DNA of 64,000 nt from Candidatus Hecatella orcuttiae (lineage in GTDB: Archaea > Thermoproteota > Bathyarchaeia > Hecatellales > Hecatellaceae): positions 1 through 64,000 of the forward strand of contig MTLY02000003.1 of the NCBI GenBank assembly GCA_002011035.2. The letters are read 5' to 3'. Under the pieces are notes generated by a model. It saw nothing but the letters and a program-made list of their open reading frames with translations, searched no databases and had not been told where the DNA came from. The number at the start of each line of letters is the position of its first letter. The first letter of the stretch is position 1. Shown piece after piece: positions 19,537 through 29,167 of this stretch. A program made the translations under genes and the position numbers.

Positions 19537-19759
19537 GGCGGCATTCCGCCAACTTTTGGCATAGTGCTAATTGATTTTTATGTTATTTATAAAAAATATG
19601 TTTCGAGGGAAAAGTCCTGGTAAACTCCTCGAGTAGCCGGGGTTCACGTTTCGCCCGGGAGCAGGGAAGCGACGCCCTTCGTTTCCTTCCTCTCAAAAGG
19701 GGGTTGGAGAAAATAGGCCATACCTTTGGTTGCAGGGTTTTAACGGAGGATTGTTTAAA

Positions 19760-22324
19760 ATGGGTTTGAAGAGGAGGGACTTTGTTAAAATCTCTCTGGC
19801 CCTAGGGGCGTTTACAGCCCTAGGCAGCATGCTTCCTTTAGGAGCAGGTTATCCGCTGGGAACGCGGGCGGAAGAAGCAGAGCTTCCCTTGGAGGAATGG
19901 ATACCCACCACCTGCTGGATCGGTAAACAGGACTGCGGAATACTCGCCCGCCGGGTAGGAGGCCGAATCGTTAAGCTGGAGGGGAATCCCGCCCACCCCC
20001 TGAACAGGGGAACCCTCTGCCCCAAGGGTCAGGCCCAGATAATCTCCCTCTACGACCCCTACCGGGTTAAGGCACCCCTCAAGAGGGTGAACGAGAAAGG
20101 CGTGCCCGGGAAATGGGTGGAGATTTCATGGGAGGAAGCCCTGTCCTTGGCGGGGGAGAAGATCAAGGAGGCTAGGGCTAAGGATAAGCGGCTCCTCGTC
20201 TGGCAGAAGGGCAGGAGTAAGGCGAAGAAATTCTACGATGCGGCCTTTGTAAAAACCTCAGGGGCTACCAAGCTCCACCACGGAGCCTTCTGCTCTGACG
20301 CCGGATACCGGGCTGCCGAGTACACCGTCGGCTTCCACGGAGTCCTCCACCCTGACTTTCGCCACTGCAGATACCTTCTCTCTTGGGGCTGGAACCTGAC
20401 TAACGCGGGAGGCAACAAGTTCTGCTGGATCACCTGGCCTCAGCAATTCTTGGATGCAAGGGAGCGAGGCATGAAGGTGGTCACCGTCGATCCTCGGCTC
20501 CGGGGCATGGGCCCCCACACGGATGAATGGCTGCCCATCAAGCCCAACACCGACCTCGCCTTCTTCCTGGCCGTAGCCCACGTTCTCATCAGCAAGGGCT
20601 ACGTCGATGAGGAGTACTTGGTGAGGCATACCAACGCTCCCTTCTTGGTCAAGGACGACGGATATTTCCTCCGGGTGGACGGTAAGGAGCAGGTTTGGGA
20701 CACCGCCACCAACTCCCCCAAGCCCCATGATGTGGAAGGGATCAAACCGGCCTTGGAGGGGGAATTCACCGTCCAAGGGGTGAAGGTGAAGACGGCCTTC
20801 CAGGCCTTCAAGGAGCATGTCGCCGACTACACGCCTGAATGGGCTGCTGAAGTCTGCGACCTGCCTGCGGAGAGGATCAGGCGAGTTGCCGAGGAGCTGG
20901 GTGAGAACGCCATGATCGGCAGCACCGTCGTCTTGGAGGGGGTGGAAATACCCTATCGTCCCGTGGGCATAATGGCCTACCATGTGACTCAGCAAGAGCT
21001 GGGCTTCCAAGCCATTCGGGCTGCCATCATGGTGTTCATGTTGCTGGGGGCCATCGAAGCCGTAGGCGGGCTGCGCGTGGACTTGGGAAGAAAGCTGCAT
21101 AAAAACTTCAAGAAGCTGGATGAGATAGAAATCAAGGACCCCCCCTACAACATCTACCTGAAGGACAGCAAGTTCTTTCCCATAAACAGCAACAACTCAT
21201 CCCTCGTCGCCCGCGTCATGTTAAATCCGGAAAAATACGGAGTAGACTACACGCCTGAAGTCCTGATAATCCACATGGCTAACCCGGTTCTGTCGTTCCC
21301 AGACCAGGAAGCCATCATCGAGTCGTATAAGAAATTCAAGTTCATCATCGTCATCGACCCTTGGCTGAGCGAAACAGCCGACCTCTTCGCGGATTTGGTC
21401 CTTCCCGCCGCCACCCTTGAAAAGTACGAGGGCCCCAAGAGCGTGAATGACCAGTATGTGGAGGCTAAAGCTCTCAGGCTGCCTCCCATGCCGCCTCTCT
21501 TCCAGAGCAGAGGCGACATCGACATCTACATCGACCTCTGCGAGAAGGCTGGTATACTGTACGGTGAAGGAGGCTACATCGACCACCTCAACAAGGAGCT
21601 TAAACTAAAGGAACCCTACATGCTCGACCTGAACACGAAGCCGGATGTCAGAGACATATTCGACCGTTGGGCGAAGTCCACGGGCATCTCGGAGGGCTTA
21701 GGCTACTTTGAAAAGCATGGAGTGACCGAGGCGAAGCCCATTCCCGCGAATAAGCTGTATGCACCAGCCTGGGACCCACCCTACGGGGGAATCAAACACC
21801 GACTTTACGGAGAGTCGCTCAAACGTTACCAGGATGTGATGAAGGAGAAGGGCGCCCCAGAGATTTTCTGGAGGGACTACACGCCTCTCCCAACTTGGAG
21901 AAATCCTACCATGGAGCAGTCCCCCTCTGAGTATGACCTTTACCTTATTTCTTCCAAGAAAATTGAGTTCAAACAGTCGAGGTCCACCTTCATCCCCCCC
22001 CTCAATGAACTTGCACCGAGACAGAGCTTGGAGATAAATCCTGCAACGGCCATGGCGAAAGGCATTCGGGATGGGGATGAACTCTGGGTGGAATCCCAGA
22101 ACGCAGTGACGGGGGAGACAAAAAAGTTGAGAGTTAAGGCACGGTATTTGGAAGGCATAAGACCTGATACCGTATCCCTCTTCCATCACTACGGATTCTG
22201 GGTGCACCCTTGGACCAAGGGAAGCGGGCCGACGCCTAACTCGATCTTCTACACCGGCGAAGGCTATGTCGCCAACACAGCCGATCAGGCTTTCCATGTA
22301 AAGGTGAAGGTGTACAAAGAGTAG
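19760..22324 (+). CDS. Tat-exported Mo/W-bisPGD oxidoreductase catalytic subunit (Psr/Ttr/Arr/Arx-like branch)
   Basis: LKRRDFVK Tat signal; CWIGKQDC...GTLCPKG; ISWEEAL; HGAFCSD; ETA..AD.VLPA...LE; C-terminal INP..A...GI.DGD; GGAGG RBS before ATG 19760. Confidence 0.93.
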   Translation: MGLKRRDFVKISLALGAFTALGSMLPLGAGYPLGTRAEEAELPLEEWIPTTCWIGKQDCGILARRVGGRIVKLEGNPAHPLNRGTLCPKGQAQIISLYDPYRVKAPLKRVNEKGVPGKWVEISWEEALSLAGEKIKEARAKDKRLLVWQKGRSKAKKFYDAAFVKTSGATKLHHGAFCSDAGYRAAEYTVGFHGVLHPDFRHCRYLLSWGWNLTNAGGNKFCWITWPQQFLDARERGMKVVTVDPRLRGMGPHTDEWLPIKPNTDLAFFLAVAHVLISKGYVDEEYLVRHTNAPFLVKDDGYFLRVDGKEQVWDTATNSPKPHDVEGIKPALEGEFTVQGVKVKTAFQAFKEHVADYTPEWAAEVCDLPAERIRRVAEELGENAMIGSTVVLEGVEIPYRPVGIMAYHVTQQELGFQAIRAAIMVFMLLGAIEAVGGLRVDLGRKLHKNFKKLDEIEIKDPPYNIYLKDSKFFPINSNNSSLVARVMLNPEKYGVDYTPEVLIIHMANPVLSFPDQEAIIESYKKFKFIIVIDPWLSETADLFADLVLPAATLEKYEGPKSVNDQYVEAKALRLPPMPPLFQSRGDIDIYIDLCEKAGILYGEGGYIDHLNKELKLKEPYMLDLNTKPDVRDIFDRWAKSTGISEGLGYFEKHGVTEAKPIPANKLYAPAWDPPYGGIKHRLYGESLKRYQDVMKEKGAPEIFWRDYTPLPTWRNPTMEQSPSEYDLYLISSKKIEFKQSRSTFIPPLNELAPRQSLEINPATAMAKGIRDGDELWVESQNAVTGETKKLRVKARYLEGIRPDTVSLFHHYGFWVHPWTKGSGPTPNSIFYTGEGYVANTADQAFHVKVKVYKE

Positions 22325-22325
22325 G

Positions 22326-23093
22326 GTGAGGGCAATGGTTAGATACGGTTATGTAATCAACCTCAGGCGGTGCATGGGATGTAGGGCCTGCGTAGAGGCG
22401 TGCAAAGTTGAAAACAACACACCTCAGGGTGTCTTCTGGATGTACGTTTTCAGGTTTGAAGAAGGCAAGTATCCGAACGTGAGATACACCTTCCTACCCA
22501 GACCTTGCATGCACTGCGATAACCCGCCTTGTGTGAAGGTGTGCCCTGTTGGGGCGAGGTTTAAACGGGAGGACGGCCTTGTCTTGACGGATTTCAACCG
22601 TTGCATCGGCTGTCGATACTGCGAAATCGCCTGTCCCTATGGGGTGAACTATTTCAACTGGAAAAAGCCCGAGGATAACCAGTACTACAACTGGAAGAAT
22701 GTTACCGTCCGGAAGGAGGTTGAAGGCGTTATCCCACCCTACAGGAATCCAGACCATGACAAGCTTCACGGAGAAGAAAGAAGGCTTACCTCAGGAGGCA
22801 GCCACAAGGTTGGAATAATAGGAAAATGCACATTCTGCGTACACCGCTTAGAGAAGGGTTTGAAGCCCGCCTGCGTGGCGAATTGTCCTGTTCATGCCTT
22901 ACACTTCGGCAACCTCGATGATCCCAACAGCGAAGTTTCGCAACTGTTGCGCAAAAACGGCTGGTTTCGACTTTTGGAGGAACTTGGCACAGAGCCTAGG
23001 GTCTTCTACATAGGCTATCCGCCTTCAGATAAAGCTCGAACTATAGAAAGCATCAAACGCGAGTTTGTTGAGAGGGAGGAGGTGGCAGTCTGA
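22326..23093 (+). CDS. Four-cluster 4Fe-4S electron-transfer subunit (PsrB/NrfC/DmsB type)
   Basis: CMGCRACVEAC, CMHCDNPPCVKVCP, CIGCRYCEIACPY, KCTFC..PACVANCP. Confidence 0.95.
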   Translation: MRAMVRYGYVINLRRCMGCRACVEACKVENNTPQGVFWMYVFRFEEGKYPNVRYTFLPRPCMHCDNPPCVKVCPVGARFKREDGLVLTDFNRCIGCRYCEIACPYGVNYFNWKKPEDNQYYNWKNVTVRKEVEGVIPPYRNPDHDKLHGEERRLTSGGSHKVGIIGKCTFCVHRLEKGLKPACVANCPVHALHFGNLDDPNSEVSQLLRKNGWFRLLEELGTEPRVFYIGYPPSDKARTIESIKREFVEREEVAV

Positions 23094-24376
23094 TGGGAAA
23101 CAGGTTGGATGAAAACATCCTACGTCCTCTCACCTACACGAGTAAGGCTTTCTACGGCGTTGTTGCCGTGCTACTCGGCTTGACGGCTTTGTTCCTCTAT
23201 GCTTGGGGCTTTCAACTGACCCAGGGGCTGGGTGTCACGGGGCTTCGGGATGTGGGTGCACCCTACGCGGGAGCTCCTTGGGGCCTGTACATCACCAATT
23301 TCATCTGGTTCATCGGCGTCGCCCACGGTGGCATAGCCATGTCGGCGGCGGTGCGGGTTATGAAGGCGGAGAAGTACCGGCCCGTAACTAGGATTGCAGA
23401 GGTCTTAACCCTCATCAGCCTAGCCATGGCCGGGTTGAGCATCGTCCTAGACATGGGGAGACCGGATAGGCTGTATCTCATGCTGGTCTTCTACTTTGAA
23501 CGAATAGGCCAGTCACCGATGACTTGGGACATCACTGTCATCTTCCTGTACTTCACCCTCAGCGCCGCCTACTTCACCCTCTCCCTACGGGAGGACCTAG
23601 CCGCCTACATGGAACATGCCCCCAAAAGGTTGAGGAGGCTCTACAGGCTTCTCCTCATAGGCTACGATAAAGGTGAAAAGCCTAAGGTTGAGCAGATAAC
23701 CTGGTGGCTGGCCATGGCGATCCTGGGACTCATCACCCTGCTAAGCGGCGGAATGATAGCTTGGATCTTCGGCCTGATACCGGCTCAAGCCTTATGGTTC
23801 GGAGCCTTCTCAGGGCCTTACTTCCTCTCCGCAGCCTTAGCCTCGGCGCTGGCAGCGGTCATCGTGATAGCCGCCATCTTTCGAAGCGTCTTCAAGTGGC
23901 AGGACTACATCAAGCCCGAGGTCTTCCGCGGCCTTGGCACGCTTCTGGGCATCTTCAGCCTAACCTACCTGTACATGATGCTTCAGGAGCAAACGGCCGT
24001 AAGATACGCGGGGCCTGTGGCGGAAATGCGAATATCTCAGGCTCTGTTTTTAGGGGAGTTCGCAGCCCTGTACTGGCCGGTGGTCTTGGGGTTGGCGATT
24101 CCGTTCCTCTACCTGTTCGCCCAGACTGTCTATCCGAAAATCTTCAGTCTCAGATTAACCGTCCTAAGCGCCGCAGTCATGGTGGTGGCCTTCTGGGTGA
24201 AACGGTACCTCATCGTCGTGCCTTCTCTTCTGTTTCCGCGGATGCCCTATCCTCCGGGGACATATACGCCCACGTTCGTCGAATGGTCTCTGGTGGTAGG
24301 AACCTTCGCCATCGCAGTCCTCCTCTACATGCTCCTAGTGAAGACGTTTCCCATGATGGAGTTGAAGGAGAAATGA
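23093..24376 (+). CDS. NrfD/PsrC-family membrane anchor (quinol-interacting)
   Basis: PWGLYI.NF..FIG.AHGG, RIAE, DMGRPDR, SPM.WD, KRY.IVVP, Y.PT.VE; about 10 TM helices. Confidence 0.92.
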   Translation: MGNRLDENILRPLTYTSKAFYGVVAVLLGLTALFLYAWGFQLTQGLGVTGLRDVGAPYAGAPWGLYITNFIWFIGVAHGGIAMSAAVRVMKAEKYRPVTRIAEVLTLISLAMAGLSIVLDMGRPDRLYLMLVFYFERIGQSPMTWDITVIFLYFTLSAAYFTLSLREDLAAYMEHAPKRLRRLYRLLLIGYDKGEKPKVEQITWWLAMAILGLITLLSGGMIAWIFGLIPAQALWFGAFSGPYFLSAALASALAAVIVIAAIFRSVFKWQDYIKPEVFRGLGTLLGIFSLTYLYMMLQEQTAVRYAGPVAEMRISQALFLGEFAALYWPVVLGLAIPFLYLFAQTVYPKIFSLRLTVLSAAVMVVAFWVKRYLIVVPSLLFPRMPYPPGTYTPTFVEWSLVVGTFAIAVLLYMLLVKTFPMMELKEK

Positions 24377-24636
24377 TAAACCCAGCTGCAGTCATAACCC
24401 TAGCCACATTCGACTCGGTAGCCGCATGGTACGCCGGCTCAAAGCTGGTCGGCCATGTCCTGATTTTCGTGATACTGATGCTGCCCATCTACGCCTTACT
24501 CGTAGCAGCAGCGGTAGGCCGGCCGAGGATGATGAAGCTGACGGGCTTCTTCTACGGCTTCGTCGCAAGCACTCTCCTCCTACTGGTGGCGTCGGTGTTC
24601 ATCCTGAGCGGCATCCTTTCCTTGATTGTTCCATGA
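24373..24636 (+). CDS. Small 2-TM membrane protein within the molybdoenzyme operon
   Basis: ATGA overlap with the NrfD stop; 87 aa MINPAAVITL...LSLIVP, hydrophobic. Confidence 0.75.
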   Translation: MINPAAVITLATFDSVAAWYAGSKLVGHVLIFVILMLPIYALLVAAAVGRPRMMKLTGFFYGFVASTLLLLVASVFILSGILSLIVP

Positions 24637-24658
24637 CACTGAAAGGTCAGGGAAACTC

Positions 24659-25417
24659 ATGGCTTCCAGATGGCTGGGAAAAGGCGGAGGCGGAAACCGG
24701 GATGCCGACACAGCGACCTTTGCGGAATTAGCCCAAGTGGCTGAGAATCGAAGCAAAACCTATGATTTTTTGAAGGCTTTCTACATTCAACCTCCAAGCC
24801 GAGAGTTTCTAAAGTCTTTGATGGGTGAAGACTTCCTTCCACTTTTGGGCTCCGTGAAAAAGCTTGAAGGATTACCGGCCGACGCTGCGGAAGGGGTAGA
24901 AAGCATCAAACTCTTCATCGGCCGGTTGAAGGACGCCGGCTTCAAACTTCATGAAAGTCTAGCCGTGGAATATACCCGGCTTTTCCGCGGGATAAAACCC
25001 TCCTACGGTCCGCCTCCCCCATACGAGTCGGTGTACAGGGAAGGTACAGTATGGGGCGAATCCGCCGCTCAGGTACTACGGACATACCGGCAGTTCGGCT
25101 TAGGTCTTCAGGACGAGTTCAGAGGTGAGCCCCCTGACCACATCGGCTTCGAACTGGATTTCATGCGCCTCTTGTGCGGTAGGGAGGCGGAGGCTTGGAA
25201 AAACCGGAACCGAAAAGAAGTCTTAAGATGTTTAAGGCTGGAGGAAGGCTTCCTGAACGAGCACCTGACGGCATGGGTCTACGATTTCTGCGACAAGGTC
25301 GTGGAGCAGGATGCACTCGGCTTCTACCGGGGCATCGCCAAAATAACAAAGAGCTTCATCCGGTTTGACCACAGCCAAATCAACGCCTACCTGGACGTGG
25401 CAGAGCGGAGTGGGTGA
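24659..25417 (+). CDS. TorD/DmsD family molybdoenzyme chaperone
   Basis: EYTRLF, PPPYESVY, EPPDHIGFELDFM, FL.EHL..W; start uncertain (24626/24659). Confidence 0.93.
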   Translation: MASRWLGKGGGGNRDADTATFAELAQVAENRSKTYDFLKAFYIQPPSREFLKSLMGEDFLPLLGSVKKLEGLPADAAEGVESIKLFIGRLKDAGFKLHESLAVEYTRLFRGIKPSYGPPPPYESVYREGTVWGESAAQVLRTYRQFGLGLQDEFRGEPPDHIGFELDFMRLLCGREAEAWKNRNRKEVLRCLRLEEGFLNEHLTAWVYDFCDKVVEQDALGFYRGIAKITKSFIRFDHSQINAYLDVAERSG

Positions 25418-25426
25418 GCAACGAAG

Positions 25427-26716
25427 ATGGAGACGCTTTCAACCCCCCGGAGAACCGACCTCAAAAGAACCCTGAAGCTCAAAACCCTCCAGGAGGCTCT
25501 TCAAACTCTCCTCGCCCAGGTCAAAATCAGGCCGTTGGCAGAGATGGTGCCGGTGGAAGAGGCTGTAGGCCGAGTGCTGGCTGAGGATGTGGTATCGCCC
25601 CTCAACATCCCCCGTTACACCATGACGTTCATGGACGGCTACGCCCTCCGCTCCGAGGACACAGCCCAAGCCGTGCCTGAAAAGCCGGTGGCTCTGAGGG
25701 TCGTTGGCGAGGTTTTCCCAGCTGATTTTCCCATCTCCACCAAGGTTTCCTCCCACCAAGCGGTCTATGTGGCCTGCGGAGGCCCTGTTCCGGAGGGAGC
25801 GGATGCCGTGGTGAAAGTTGAAGAAGTCACCCCCGACGATGGATGCATCAAGGTCAGCCGCCCGGTGAGGGTGGGGGAAAACATAGCCTCCGCCGGGGAG
25901 GAGGTAAAGGAAGGCAGCGTAATCCTGAGAAAGGGACAAATCCTCAGGCCGCAGGACATGGCGCTTTTGATGGGTGTGAGAAAGGAAAGCGTCAGGGTTT
26001 GGAGAAAACCCAAGCTGGCCCTGATCTCCGTGGGAGACGAACTTGTCGAGGCCGGAAAAGCCGACCCCACCAAGACGGTGAACAACTACGCCTCCCTCAT
26101 AGCAGGTTTGGCGCTGGAAGCAGGGGCGGAGCCCCTCAAGGCTGAACTGGTCCCCGACGATGCGGTCCTCATCGAGGCTAAGCTTAAGGAAGCCATCTCC
26201 AAGGCTGAGATCGTTGCCACCATAGGCGGCTGCTCGGTGGGAGTCAAAGACCTGGTGCCCGATGCGGTGAATGCCCTCGGAAGCCCAGGGGTCATCGTCC
26301 ATGGGGTGGCAGTGAAACCCGGCCACGTGGCCGGTGCAGGTGTAGTTGACGGGAAACCCGTCATCATGCTTCCCGGACATGTGGTCTCGGCGACGATGGC
26401 CTTCTACCTCTTCATCGCCCCCCTCATAAACTGGCACCTAGGCCTTGGCTCCCGGGGTCTGCTTCCCACTGTAAAGGCAACCCTAAACCGGGAGGTCAAA
26501 AGTAAGACAGGCTCCCTTTTCCTGCGCGTTTCCATAAAGAACGGAGGCGACGGCTTTGTGGCCGAGCCTGTGCATGGCGGCTCCAACGTCCTGGCGACCC
26601 TCGTCAAGGCCAACGGCTTCGCCTTCCTTCCCCCCATGGAAACCCTCAGGGAGGGCGATGAACTGGAAATCACCCTTTTCAGCAAACATGAGTACGCTCA
26701 CCTAGGGCTCCAGTAG
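25427..26716 (+). CDS. moeA: Molybdopterin molybdotransferase
   Basis: GRVLAEDV, MDGYA, GADAVV.VE, S.GDEL, GG.SVG.KD, KPG. Confidence 0.93.
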   Translation: METLSTPRRTDLKRTLKLKTLQEALQTLLAQVKIRPLAEMVPVEEAVGRVLAEDVVSPLNIPRYTMTFMDGYALRSEDTAQAVPEKPVALRVVGEVFPADFPISTKVSSHQAVYVACGGPVPEGADAVVKVEEVTPDDGCIKVSRPVRVGENIASAGEEVKEGSVILRKGQILRPQDMALLMGVRKESVRVWRKPKLALISVGDELVEAGKADPTKTVNNYASLIAGLALEAGAEPLKAELVPDDAVLIEAKLKEAISKAEIVATIGGCSVGVKDLVPDAVNALGSPGVIVHGVAVKPGHVAGAGVVDGKPVIMLPGHVVSATMAFYLFIAPLINWHLGLGSRGLLPTVKATLNREVKSKTGSLFLRVSIKNGGDGFVAEPVHGGSNVLATLVKANGFAFLPPMETLREGDELEITLFSKHEYAHLGLQ

Positions 26717-26916
26717 AAGTTATCTTCGGCCAAAAAGTGTTCATGGAAACAGGCGGTTTTGAACGGATAGATGGAAAAGCTGCTGGCAGACTTAATGATC
26801 GACGTCAACCAAATATGTAATTCTAATTAAACCAAAAATTCAGCCGTCGATCCTTAACAGGCAAGCCTCATATAACTCTGTCGTCTAAAAGACGTTTAGA
26901 TGGAGCTGGAAAAGGA

Positions 26917-28143
26917 TTGGGTGGGATTTCTGAGAAACAGCGGAAAAAGAAGATAATGAGGGACATCATCCGGAGGCTGCATCAGGGCTTATCGGTGGAG
27001 GAGGCCAAGCAGCGGTTTGAGAGGGAGGTTGGCAGCATAAGCTCCACGGAGATAGCGGAGGTGGAGCAGTCCCTCATCGACGAGGGGCTGTCCCCCGAGG
27101 AGATAAAGAAATTCTGCAACGTTCACGCTCTGCTCTTCCAGTCGGCGCTGGAGAAAACGGTTTCCAAGGAAGAATCTCCCGCCCACCCCGTGCACTTGTT
27201 CAAGCTTGAGAACAGGGAGATCGAAAAACTCACCGCCGCCCTGAAGGAAGCGGCGGGAAAGGTGGGCGGTTATGAGCTTTCCGGGTTGAAGCGGGAGATA
27301 AAAGACCTGCTGGCGAGGTTGAAGGGTGTAGACGTTCACTACACGAGGAAGGAGCAGATTCTCTTCCCCTTCTTGGAGAAGCATGGTTTCTTCGGGCCTT
27401 CAAAGGTCATGTGGGGGAAGGACAACGAAATCAGGGAGCTGCTGAACAAAAGCCTGGCGGACATTGAAGGTGTAACCACAGAGGCGGAGTTCAGGGAGTA
27501 TGTGGAAAAGACCCTCACCCCCCTGGTGGAGGAGGTGGAGGGCATGATCTTTAAGGAGGAGCGCATCCTCTTCCCCACGGCCTTGGAAAAGCTGGCCGCC
27601 GACGAGTGGGTTACGGTTTTGAGGGAAAGCGACGACGTGGGCTATGTCTTCATCCAGAAGCCCAAGGAAACCGAGGCCCTCGTCGAGGAGTTCAGGAAGT
27701 TTGTGGTGGAGGAGCCTTCGGTGAAGGAGGACGGCGTGGTCTCTTTTCCCACCGGGGAGCTGCATGTGAAGGAGTTGATGGCCGTTTTGAACATGCTGCC
27801 TGTGGACCTTACCTTTGTGGACAAGGACGACAGGGTCCGGTATTTCTCGGACACCCGGGACAGGATTTTCGTCAGGACGAGGTCGGTTTTGGGGAGGAAG
27901 GTGCAGAACTGTCATCCTCCCCAAAGTGTCGATGTGGTGGAGAAGATTCTGGCCTCTTTCAAGGACGGCAGCAGGGACTTTGTCGACTTCTGGATCAACC
28001 ACAGGGGAAGGTTCGTGTACATCAGGTACTTTGCGGTGAGGGACAGGGAAGGAAACTATCTGGGGACGTTGGAAGTCAACCAGGACATCACGGGGATAAG
28101 GAAGCTGGAAGGGGAAAAGCGGCTGCTCGACGAAAGAGGGTGA
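26917..28143 (+). CDS. DUF438 / hemerythrin-like / PAS-domain protein
   Basis: EIAEVEQSLI.EG....I.KFCNVHA; HPV..F..EN; HY.RKEQ.LFP; VMW; MIFKEE.ILFP; PAS R.V.NCHPP.S. Confidence 0.88.
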   Translation: MGGISEKQRKKKIMRDIIRRLHQGLSVEEAKQRFEREVGSISSTEIAEVEQSLIDEGLSPEEIKKFCNVHALLFQSALEKTVSKEESPAHPVHLFKLENREIEKLTAALKEAAGKVGGYELSGLKREIKDLLARLKGVDVHYTRKEQILFPFLEKHGFFGPSKVMWGKDNEIRELLNKSLADIEGVTTEAEFREYVEKTLTPLVEEVEGMIFKEERILFPTALEKLAADEWVTVLRESDDVGYVFIQKPKETEALVEEFRKFVVEEPSVKEDGVVSFPTGELHVKELMAVLNMLPVDLTFVDKDDRVRYFSDTRDRIFVRTRSVLGRKVQNCHPPQSVDVVEKILASFKDGSRDFVDFWINHRGRFVYIRYFAVRDREGNYLGTLEVNQDITGIRKLEGEKRLLDERG

Positions 28144-28191
28144 AGGCTTAAATGGACCCGATGAGCAAGCTTCAACTTCGGAGGTGAAACC

Positions 28192-28485
28192 ATGTCCACC
28201 TACATCATCCTAGGCAGGTACACCCGGGAGGGAATCACGAACATAAAAGACCACCCCAGGCGGCGGGAGGAAGCTCAGAAGGCGTTCAAGGCGGTGGGAG
28301 GGGAGATCAAGGACTTCTACTTCACCCTAGGCCGGTATGACTTCGTGGCCGTGTGTGAGGCCCCCGGCGAGGAGGCTGCTCTGAAGGCTTTGCTCACCAT
28401 CGGCAGCGTGGGGGCGGTGAGCACGGAGACGCTGGTAGCTGTGCCCCGCGATAAGGCGGCGGAGATCATCCGAGGTCTACCCTGA
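28192..28485 (+). CDS. GYD-domain protein
   Basis: YT.EG, FYFTLGRYD, V.TETL.A; GGAGGTGA RBS. Confidence 0.88.
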   Translation: MSTYIILGRYTREGITNIKDHPRRREEAQKAFKAVGGEIKDFYFTLGRYDFVAVCEAPGEEAALKALLTIGSVGAVSTETLVAVPRDKAAEIIRGLP

Positions 28486-28500
28486 GAGCGGTGCAAGGGC

Positions 28501-29088
28501 TTAGTAGAAGATTTTCTTCCGAGGCATGGCGACGATCTCCCTGATCTCCAAGCCCTTTTTCTTGTCGAAAAACCTCCCAGAGGTGGAGGGGCGGACGATG
28601 AGCACGGTGTCGGCTCCCCGGTCGCTTCCGGCTATGGTGACGACCTCCCGGTTAAGGGGAATCGCCCCCGCATCCGCGGCCATCAGGGCGATTTCCACAC
28701 CAACCTTCGTGCCCTAGGAAATCCTCCTGAGGGTGTCCTCGGCAACCCCGGCTATGCTGGCTCCCCCTCGGAGAGCCGTGTAGGATTTCTCCACCCCATG
28801 GAAGGCGTGGACGCCTCGGAGGACGGTGGCCTTCAAGGCCTTCAGCTTCCTCAGGCTGGCCTCCTCCAGCTCAGCCCACTCCGGCGACTCAGCTACCACC
28901 ACAACCTTGACCCCGGTGCCCCGGAAGGCTTGAGCAGCCTTAACTCCGGTCCGGCCTCTGGCTGAAGCGACGACCACATGTTTTATTCCCTCTTCCAAAG
29001 TCCTCTTCTTGGCGATTTCTACGGCCTTCCCCGTGTTCTTCTCTCCAGGCTCACGGAAGAGGTAAAGAGTCCTCTTAAGAACAGACAT
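28501..29088 (-). pseudogene. Pyruvate-kinase C-terminal-like (COG1751-type) gene interrupted by an in-frame TAG at 28714-28716
   Basis: ORFs 28714-29163 and 28501-28698 share a frame: DTLRRIS*GTKVGVEIALMAADAG aligns with TLRLFGEGVKVAVEISLMAADAG of the paralog at 48630. Confidence 0.8.
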
Positions 29089-29167
29089 ACCAAGCTCACC
29101 GCGCATAGTCCTTTTTCCGGAGATAAAAATTAATCTCAAACATTCTAAGCATTCAACTTTCAAGAAA

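Noticed and set aside
23704-24372. N-terminal 223 aa of the 310-aa ORF 23704-24636
   Set aside because: Out-of-frame shadow of the NrfD gene; only the part from ATG 24373 looks protein-like
28714-28716. Genome-wide amber (pyrrolysine) recoding
   Set aside because: TAG terminates conserved genes at expected positions (tsr3 6175-6177, Mo subunit 22322-22324, leuB) and no pyl genes are in the window
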